Assembly (NCBI RefSeq): GCF_001194135.2
Contig: NC_068991.1
Location: 34,536,392-34,576,911 of the forward strand
DNA length: 40,520 nucleotides
Source of the DNA: Octopus bimaculoides
Lineage: Eukaryota
Direction of reading: 5' to 3'
Part shown: positions 1 to 7,631 of the stretch, piece after piece
Layout of the letters: each line of letters opens with the position of its first letter
How positions within the stretch are numbered: position 1 is the stretch's first letter
Position numbers and translations under genes: made by a program
The notes under the pieces: model-generated
What the model saw: the letters and a program-made list of their open reading frames with translations, nothing else
Told to the model about the DNA's origin: nothing
Database searches by the model: none

Positions 1-126
1 ATATATATATACATATATAAATGGACATATATATACACTCACATTATGTACATTGCATATACATGTGTGTATGTGTGTGTTTAGATGTGTGATGATAAAT
101 TTTCAAATTACTAACTATATAATTCG

Positions 127-340
127 AAGTACAGACTATTTGCCAACATAATGTGACAGTCCTGGATGGGACGAATGTTACTGTTGTTTAGCCCCCAGGA
201 AATGTCATTTCCAGTTCGAAAATATAAGGACACAAAAATTGTGTCGTATAGCCAGCTGGAAACGTTTCCTGGGAGGCTAAACAACAGTAACATTTGTCCC
301 ATCCATGATGCCACATTATGTTGGCAAATAGTCTTTACTT
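127..340. mobile_element. MITE-like foldback element (~214 bp) with long terminal inverted repeats
   Basis: Left arm AAGTACAGACTATTTGCCAACATAATGTG...AATGTTACTGTTGTTTAGCC is the reverse complement of right arm GGCTAAACAACAGTAACATT...CACATTATGTTGGCAAATAGTCTTTACTT. No coding capacity. Confidence 0.75.
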
Positions 341-669
341 TAAAGTACTGTTACTGAATATCTCTCTGTGAGAGATTTAGAAATAATAATGTTTCTATAT
401 ATAATTTGATTTTAATTAAAATGCAAGTGGCCATTGAGCTAAGAAGAAGATGTAGTTTAAAATCGTTAAATGAGTGGAAACTTTACCAGTAAGTGTGTTA
501 AATAATAAGGCACTAAAAGAGAATGACTCTCACCACACACAACAAAATATGCAATATGAGTTTCTGGAAGAGTGAAATTACAGACCATATCCCCAAATTA
601 ATGGTCATACTTTACAATTTCTGCAACTTCAAAATTCCATAACCTGAGGTAACCTTAACATAGGTGGTG

Positions 670-701
670 CCTGTATATATGTGTGTGTGTGTGTGTATAT
701 C

Positions 702-735
<34 letters not shown>

Positions 736-740
736 TACAC

Positions 741-779
<39 letters not shown>

Positions 780-780
780 A
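670..780. repeat. Compound (TA)n/(TG)n/(CA)n microsatellite
   Basis: Directly visible dinucleotide runs. Confidence 0.9.
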
Positions 781-856
781 TCATAAATATATAGGGATTG
801 ACAGTAACCTGCTTCTCCAACATACTGAGAATTCAGAAATAGCAGTCAAAGTTTTT

Positions 857-1672
857 NNNNNNNNNNNNNNNNNNNNNNNNNNNNNNNNNNNNNNNNNNNN
901 NNNNNNNNNNNNNNNNNNNNNNNNNNNNNNNNNNNNNNNNNNNNNNNNNNNNNNNNNNNNNNNNNNNNNNNNNNNNNNNNNNNNNNNNNNNNNNNNNNNN
1001 NNNNNNNNNNNNNNNNNNNNNNNNNNNNNNNNNNNNNNNNNNNNNNNNNNNNNNNNNNNNNNNNNNNNNNNNNNNNNNNNNNNNNNNNNNNNNNNNNNNN
1101 NNNNNNNNNNNNNNNNNNNNNNNNNNNNNNNNNNNNNNNNNNNNNNNNNNNNNNNNNNNNNNNNNNNNNNNNNNNNNNNNNNNNNNNNNNNNNNNNNNNN
1201 NNNNNNNNNNNNNNNNNNNNNNNNNNNNNNNNNNNNNNNNNNNNNNNNNNNNNNNNNNNNNNNNNNNNNNNNNNNNNNNNNNNNNNNNNNNNNNNNNNNN
1301 NNNNNNNNNNNNNNNNNNNNNNNNNNNNNNNNNNNNNNNNNNNNNNNNNNNNNNNNNNNNNNNNNNNNNNNNNNNNNNNNNNNNNNNNNNNNNNNNNNNN
1401 NNNNNNNNNNNNNNNNNNNNNNNNNNNNNNNNNNNNNNNNNNNNNNNNNNNNNNNNNNNNNNNNNNNNNNNNNNNNNNNNNNNNNNNNNNNNNNNNNNNN
1501 NNNNNNNNNNNNNNNNNNNNNNNNNNNNNNNNNNNNNNNNNNNNNNNNNNNNNNNNNNNNNNNNNNNNNNNNNNNNNNNNNNNNNNNNNNNNNNNNNNNN
1601 NNNNNNNNNNNNNNNNNNNNNNNNNNNNNNNNNNNNNNNNNNNNNNNNNNNNNNNNNNNNNNNNNNNNNNNN
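857..1672. other. Assembly gap (816 N)
   Basis: Run of N. Other gaps: 8766-8775, 18078-18177, 18768-18777, 21271-21280, 25701-25802. Confidence 1.
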
Positions 1673-1689
1673 CTGTGTGAACAACAATC

Positions 1690-1860
1690 AGATGTATTAG
1701 TTTAACAATCGAGAAGTGAGAAAGTCTTTTATGTTTCGAGCCTATACTCTTCAACAGAAAGGAACTCGAATAAGCAGAGAGAGAAAATAAAAAAGGTTTA
1801 GTGGCTAGCGATCAATCATGACGAATGCTGGACAGAGGTAGTCAGACAGGATAGCTAGGA
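1690..1860 (-). mobile_element. Possible Penelope-like terminal repeat fragment
   Basis: Minus strand reads CTTTCTGTTGAAGAGTATAGGCTCGAAACATAAAAGAC, resembling the (C)TGAAGA...GAAAC ends of Penelope-like elements. Family assignment is from memory only. Confidence 0.3.
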
Positions 1861-2054
1861 AGAAGGGGAGATAATAAAGTAATGGTGATCCCAAAACAAA
1901 GGTGCATGTGCATGTGTATGTGAGAGCATGTATGTGCGTGTGGATAGGGGCTGGTGACCTTGACGTGTACGTGTGTACATGTGTAGGTGTGTAGATGATG
2001 GTATGGATGCTGGGAAGTGGTTCCTGTTTATCTGATCAATGGAACAGTCTGCTC

Positions 2055-2299
2055 ATAAAATTAATGCGCAAGTGACTGAGTGCTCCATAGACATGCATAC
2101 CATTAATGTAGTTCTCAGGGAGATTCAGCCTCACACAGAATGTGACAAGGCTGGCCCCTTTGAATTACAACTTCAACTCATTTTTGCCAGTGAGTGGACT
2201 GCAGCAAGGTGAAGTAGAGTGCCTTGCTCGAGAACACAGCATGCCGCTGGGAATCATACTCATGACCTTACGATTGTGGACCTTACGACTGAGCCACAC
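2055..2299 (-). mobile_element. tRNA-derived SINE
   Basis: Minus strand begins GTGTGGCTCAGTCGTAAG...ATGATTCCCAG...GAGCAAGGCAC (degenerate A/B-box head). The body matches 3748-3902 in the opposite orientation. Confidence 0.7.
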
Positions 2300-2757
2300 A
2301 CCTTCACTCTTTTAACTGTAGAGAAAAGGAGTGAAGCAATAGAGACAGGGAAAGGAAAGCCTCAGTCATTTAAAATGACAATTAGACTGAAATACGATCA
2401 ATCTTTTCTCGCTTCGTTACTTTTGACAACAAAGAAGAGGGAAAGAGATTTAATAATGAATAGAGGGAAAGTCTTTCAGGTGTTTAGATTTTCATACAGG
2501 GAGTTCTAGAAGGCTCAAGTGTTAGTACTCTCTTCTTTCCCCACCCCAATACTTATTTGCCTTGTTTGATAGTTCTTCATTTCTTTTAGTTGGTGGGAAA
2601 GACCATGTTTTTTTTTTGCAGGCATGTTTAATGTTTTCTCTACTAACTACAAACAAGCCCCGCACCCTTCCTTTTTGTTTTTCCATACAAAATCTAATGC
2701 AAATTTCGAATGGGGTATAGCTGTGAAAAGAGCCCAGAAAAATGGGTAATATTCTCT

Positions 2758-3212
2758 ACATGGCTACAGTCAAATGACTGTGTAGGGAAGTGGTTATACA
2801 CCATTAGGTGTACTCCGCTCCCGTACATTAAATTTCTTGAAGACAACAATGGAACGCAGTCTCTAAACTATCAACACAACAATATTTATTACAATAGAAT
2901 TCAGCTCACACTAGGAGGGAATTCGGCAGTACTTTGCCCTCTGGTTACTGAGACGCCGTCAATGAAGTTCGTGGTTATTTGTGTAGCTCCAATGCTGGGT
3001 TGTGGGAGAGCTCTGTTGTGACGTCTAGGCTCTTCGAAGATCAGCACGAAAGAAGCGCGAAAGCTTGGATATCGATGACTACGCATGCGCATGAGACTCT
3101 TCCTGTATTCCTTCCGGAACTAGTCCCTGCGCATGCGTGGATAAACTTTCCGGAAATGTCGTCTGCTATTAAGCGTCACTACAACTGAAACAAGTAAAAG
3201 AATAAAAGAATA
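2758..3212 (+). mobile_element. SINE 3' tail split by a solo LTR
   Basis: CATGGCTACAGTCAAATGACTG (to 2780) rejoins ACTGAAACAAGTAAAAGAATAAAAGAATA (from 3184), giving the same tail seen intact at ~36190-36230. Confidence 0.75.
2781..3183 (-). mobile_element. Solo LTR (403 bp) with 4-bp TSD ACTG
   Basis: Termini TGTAG...CTACA; ACTG at 2777-2780 and 3184-3187; AATAAA on the minus strand at 2885-2890; CpG-rich relative to flanks. Confidence 0.8.
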
Positions 3213-3347
3213 CCAGAAGAACGTTCCATACCACTAAACCAAGAAGGTTCTTTGAATATGTACCCTGTATTTTAAGGCTAAATAGTAATTCTGTTTACGT
3301 TTGCATAGCTGAGATATTTTGGCTGGATTATATAGTTATCGGTTTTA

Positions 3348-3558
3348 CAGCGTACATAAGCACGTCATCACATATTGAATACCATTTCGAAACTGTGTTA
3401 CGCGCTTGGCTACATGAGTTTTTGTATTTGTTTCTGACTTCACTATTTTTTTCATTTTTATTATGAACACATCCTTCTCTGCTTTCATTTTTATTTCCTC
3501 TAAAGTGACAGGTAGTTCTCGTACTACGTTGCAGAGTGTATTTTTTATTATTGCTATT
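3348..3558 (-). pseudogene. Gypsy pol fragment (RNase H-integrase linker)
   Basis: Translation KNTLCNVVRELPVTLEEIKMKAEKDVFIIKMKKIVKSETNTKTHVA closely matches KNILCNIVHKLPVTLEQIKMKAEKDVFIIEMKKIVKSETNTKSHVA at ~10340-10500. Confidence 0.85.
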
Positions 3559-3747
3559 CGCCCTCGACCCACGCTCAGTTTGATAACATCAGCCTACGCA
3601 TCGATGTTTACCAGGAACCTTGTAGGAGACCCACAAATGCCACTGTTAGGAACAGCTTAACACCCATAGTGACCCTAACAACTAAAAAGATCTTCCTGCC
3701 TCTATACAGGATCTTTTTCATTTTCTTCCAACCACTTGAAGGTTTAT

Positions 3748-3902
3748 CTTGCTTCAGTCCACTCAGCTGGCCAAAATGAGTTGTAGCTGTAATTCAAAGG
3801 GACCAGCCTTGTCACATTCTGTGTGAGGCTGAATCTCCCTGAGAACTAAATTAATGGTATGCGTATCTGTGGAGTACTCAGCCACTTGCACGTTAATTTT
3901 AT
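3748..3902 (+). mobile_element. SINE body and tail (5'-truncated), same family as 2055-2299
   Basis: CAGTCCACTCAGCTGGCCAAAATGAGTTG...CCAGCCTTGTCACATTCTGTGTGAGGCTGAATCTCCCTGAGAACT is the reverse complement of 2060-2210. Confidence 0.75.
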
Positions 3903-4107
3903 CCTTGTGTGGTAATGAAAAGTGAAAATGACATCCAATATTTGCTGTAATTATTTGTCTTTGATTTAACCATGTGTCTATGTATCTACTTTTCTTTCAA
4001 TCTATTTATCTACTTTTCTTTCGATGTATGTATCAGTTTACACCGAAAATATTGATAAACATTTAAAAACACAAAACGAACACCACCTTCCTTTCAGTCA
4101 CCACTCA

Positions 4108-4150
4108 CTGTCTCTCTCACTCTCTCACTCTCTCTCTCTTTCTCTCTCAC
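4108..4150. repeat. (TC)n microsatellite
   Basis: Visible TC run. Confidence 0.85.
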
Positions 4151-4329
4151 TTCCCTTCTGTCCCTTCTCTCTCCCGCTTTGCCACTCACTTCAACTATAC
4201 CTCCTCTGCTTAACACCTTTTATTTCTCTTTATCTTTGTACCTCTCCCTTCAACCTTTTTACTTCTTCCTTTGAAGTAAGGGTGACTCACACCACAGGTA
4301 CGTACGTACGTAAAAAAAACAAAAGTTAG

Positions 4330-5700
4330 CATATTAATATTATTCATAATAATCACCAGGGCGAAGGATGAGGGGGACAATACAAAGACAGATATAAAGT
4401 GTTGGGATTTACATATAATGGAATGATACAAAAAGAAAAGGAAAAGGAAAAGTATCCATGGTATACATTAAAAGAAGGGTATACATAGTATACGGCACTA
4501 AGAAGAATGAAAAAGTGTTAGTGATGGGGTCCTCCTGATACAGGAGGACCTCCAGGGATAATTGAGGAACCCCACCATCCAAGATCACCCAGAATACCAA
4601 AGACAAGAGCCCTTTCCAACTCTTTTCCTCCAGCTCACAGGTCTACACTCTTACCATTTTCGCAACTTTCACCCACCTTTATATAAATTCACTCATGGAC
4701 AGCACCTCCCTCTCCACCCTCATTTTCCTTTGCAAGTGAAATTTGAAAAAGTTGATGAGGGCTTCACCAAAGAGGAATGTGTCTGTCCTCATTCCTTTCA
4801 GCCTCATCCACAGACAACCTCTTTTGCCACAGCCACCAAGCAAAGGAAAACTGCCTTGCCTGCCTGATTAAAGGAGGTTGTTAGGGCAATCATCACTATG
4901 GACTTGGATGACAGATGGATCCATCCCACACGCAACAGCAGCTGTTCAACATAACTTCACAAGTCAGCAATGCCCAAACTCATTCAGAGTGCATGCAGAA
5001 CGGTTTCTGACAGTACATCTGTGCCAGTAGAGTTTATCTCGAGCCAGTAGTGCCCTGTGGTAGCACTGCCAAGCCAAAGACATCTGGAAATCATCCTTAA
5101 TAGTCCCTGACTGAAAAGTCCTCCGGAACAGACTAGCTAGTTTTTCTGTATTGACCCCAGAGCACCCCTAAGATGTCGTCGCACTTCTCCACCACTAATC
5201 TATATATAGCTGAAGTGGAACATTCACCAATCCTATTGTCTGATGTCTGACTGGTAGAGGACAGTGAGCGTCTAACGATATTCTAGGTGCCAGGTGCCCA
5301 GTCTTGGTCCATCCTTCCCCCAGGACTGCAGCTCTGTCAACGAGATGAGTTGCGGAAAGACGTGCCTCACAACAGAGTCCACATTTGTACACCTTCTAGA
5401 AATCCCGCGTCTGTGCATCAAAACCCACAGCGTGCTGAAGCTGCCACTCGGAGAGAATTGGCAGTAGACTGACCGCCCGACTATTGGAATGTGTCCCTTC
5501 TACAAGAAAATGAACAAGAGATGCTCCAACTTGATCAAGCAATAACTGAGGCAAGGCACGACAAGGCATGACAGAGGCGATGTAGGCATTCGTCACCTCT
5601 ACCCAACCTGGGTAAGACTGGTCACCTTGTTCATCACCTCGTCCCAGTTCTTGTTCACTTGGAGATTGGGACCAAATCAGACCCCAAGCAGTCTAACTGG
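4330..5700 (-). mobile_element. Tx1-type LINE, 3' part (post-RT ORF2 and 3' UTR), decayed
   Basis: Minus translation RPVRLLGV*FGPNLQVNKNWDEVMNKV ... LINFFKFHLQRKMRVEREVLSMSEFI*RWVKV, typical of L1/Tx1 ORF2 C-termini, followed by a pyrimidine-rich 3' UTR ending near 4330-4345. In frame with 13585+ once the Gypsy insert and one TSD copy are removed. Confidence 0.8.
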
Positions 5701-5756
5701 TGTTGTGGTGAAATCCTGACACCCCTGTGGGCTAGCAAGTGAACTGCCCTAAACCT

Positions 5757-5762
5757 TATAAA
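5757..5762 (+). promoter_or_regulatory. Putative LTR TATA box (also 11736-11741)
   Basis: CCTTATAAAGG is conserved at the same offset (+57) in both LTRs. Confidence 0.55.
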
Positions 5763-5800
5763 GGCGCATGTGTACTGACAGGGCGACGTACAGTGTGGTG

Positions 5801-7446
5801 TTTTTCTGTTCGGTTAAATCATTTTTGATCCCTGTTAGACGTAAGTCACATTGTTAAATATTTGTTGAAGGTCTCCTGTAAGGGTGAACCTAGGATTTAA
5901 TTTGTTGAATTGTTGAAGTACTGTTGCTGTTTTTTGCCTACGGGTGTGTGATTTTGTATTTGTTTTCTTCCCCATTTATGAATGAAGTGGAGGAAAAAGG
6001 AAGAATGGAGTACGAACCAGTTCTAGCACATGCCTGCAGTTATGCATCAGCAACAGGAAGAGGTTTAATTACAGATGCATTGGAGGCTCGAGAAGTGAAG
6101 ATTGAGCCAAAGAAACTAAAAGAATACAACAGGTTAATTCAGAAGGAAGGAATCAGTTTAAGGCTGACCCCGCCGGAAGATTTAACAACCAGCATAACAA
6201 AGCGAACAGTGGTCTACAGCACACTGTCTATGTCAACATAAAAAAAATAGAAATAGCCACAGTGGAAGCCATAGAAGAGTGTTTGAAGGAAATAAAAGGC
6301 CTCACAACATTCTACACGAGAGGAAGAAAATATGGCACAGTGGAGGTGAGGTTCTCTAACGAACAGGAAGTGATAAATCACTCCACTATGGTACTAAGGA
6401 CGCAAGAGTGGTGGTGGAAGGAAGACCACCAACTTGTTATCAATGTGGAGAGAAGGGACATATGAGAGCAAAGTATCCCCAGGGAGACAATAAAGGTGAA
6501 GAGGAACAACAGCAGCAGAGTGCTGAAGTGGCGGTGCTAGAAGTTGAGAAAGACACGGAGGAAGCGGAGGATGCATTCACTGTGGGGAACAGAAAAAAGA
6601 GCAAAGAATGTGTGAACTCACCGCCAAAGAGTCTGAAAAAGAAAAGGAGGAAGAAATCTATATGATAGGGAGTTGGCAGCAAAGAAGTGCACCAGCATCA
6701 CCAACAAAAGGTAAAAAGGAGGAAGAAATAGGCATTATAGAGAGCCGACGACAAAAAAGTACAACAGCATCATCAACAAAAGAACAAAAAAAGGAGGAAG
6801 AAATGGACATTAGAGAGAGCTGGCAGCAAGGATGTGCAATAGAATTACCAACAAAAGGACAAAAAAGAGAAACTTGCCCAGACAACCCAGGTGTGCAGCA
6901 GAAACGAGCAGTCGAGAAGCCGAAGAAGAACAAGTGGTATTTGGCAACATATGCAAAAAGTACGGCCATAGAGAAAAGAATTACAAAATTCAAATCGGTA
7001 ATAAGGGTAAAATTACCAGTAGAGCTGTATACAGAAAGCGTAAAAGGAATTGTGATAGACCGAGAGAGGTACGGAAAACTGAAGGGTTTATTCGGAAATG
7101 ACATAGACCCATTGAGAGTAGAGGTGGAGTTTGATGAACTACCACCTGTTGTGGAGTACAAAGATTTAGAACCATTCATAAATTTCTAAAAAGTAAGATG
7201 TTAAAATTTAATAGACTATAAATACGATGCTAAAAGGTAAAAAGAGAAAGAAAATGATTAAAAACTGTTAAAACATTTAAATGGTACTACTTGAAAGTGG
7301 GGTTCAATGCAGCTATTTCATCACCATTAATTTTATTCATCCTTCATTCGTTCATTTTATGTTTTTTTTTGTCCCCACTGTGGCGTTCTGTTTGTCCTTG
7401 TGCTGTCCCCTCTGTGTCATGGCCTGTGTTCCAAATAAAAGAGATA
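5801..7446 (+). mobile_element. ORF1-only Tx1-related element A (HAL1-like 'half-LINE') in the 5' LTR
   Basis: Flanked by GTACAGTGTGGTG (5788-5800) and GTACAGCATGGTG (7447-7459). Has a T-rich 5' UTR, a single ORF1-like frame, the 3' UTR motif GTCCTTGTGCTGTCCCCTC and AATAAA at 7434-7439. Confidence 0.7.
5978..7189 (+). pseudogene. Tx1-type ORF1 (RRM-like + CCHC knuckle + C-terminal domain), frameshifted, with an internal deletion of ~240 bp
   Basis: SYASATGRG...LRLTPPED...IEECLKEIKGLTTFYTRGRKYGTVEVRF...VVEGRPPTCYQCGEKGHMRAKYP...FDELPPVVEYKDLEPFINF*. Homologous to 11908-13221 and to the host LINE ORF1 at 15480-16740. Confidence 0.75.
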
Positions 7447-7590
7447 GTACAGCATGGTGCGTGCAGTCACACTTGTGAAGGTAGTCGTACAAGTCGTTGA
7501 GAAGAGGTATAAGTTTGTTACTGATTTAGTTTTTGTAGTGTTATAACACTGTTACAGTGTAGTCTATATCCAAACTAAAGGATATAAGAG

Positions 7591-7600
7591 TGGCGACGAG
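7591..7600 (+). other. Primer-binding site TGGCGACGAG (tRNA-Ser(GCU)-type)
   Basis: One base after the LTR end. Complementary to ...CUCGUCGCCA, the 3' end of metazoan tRNA-Ser(GCU) as I recall it. Confidence 0.8.
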
Positions 7601-7631
7601 ACATTCGAAGCTCACTGTGGACGTTCTTAGC

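Larger units (their letters stand above)
5701..7589 (+). repeat. 5' LTR region: ~230-bp LTR (5701-5800 + 7460-7589) interrupted by a 1646-bp insert
   Basis: First 81 nt have 7 mismatches to 11680-11760; last 73 nt have 4 mismatches to the 3' LTR end. The interior is not alignable at nucleotide level. Confidence 0.85.

Noticed and set aside
683-1754. Long 284-340-aa ORFs in the track
   Set aside because: They run through the N gap and microsatellites; artefacts.
1733-1757. Hammerhead-ribozyme-like core on the minus strand (CTGTTGA-AGAG...CTC-GAAAC)
   Set aside because: The core deviates from CUGANGA, stem II is minimal and no stem III/NUH partner follows. At best a dead relic. A similar CTGAAGA near 25830 also lacks stems.
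6225-6255. Frameshift at the equivalent position in both ORF1-like genes (also ~12110-12132), suggesting a programmed frameshift
   Set aside because: The spacing is 23 nt in A and 22 nt in B (opposite shift directions). Both are explained by independent small deletions from a 24-nt in-frame segment at an A-rich run.
6440-7179. Minus-strand ORFs of 80-173 aa (also 12648-13232, 13938-14537)
   Set aside because: Antisense shadows of purine-biased TE coding frames; low-complexity S/F/L-rich translations.
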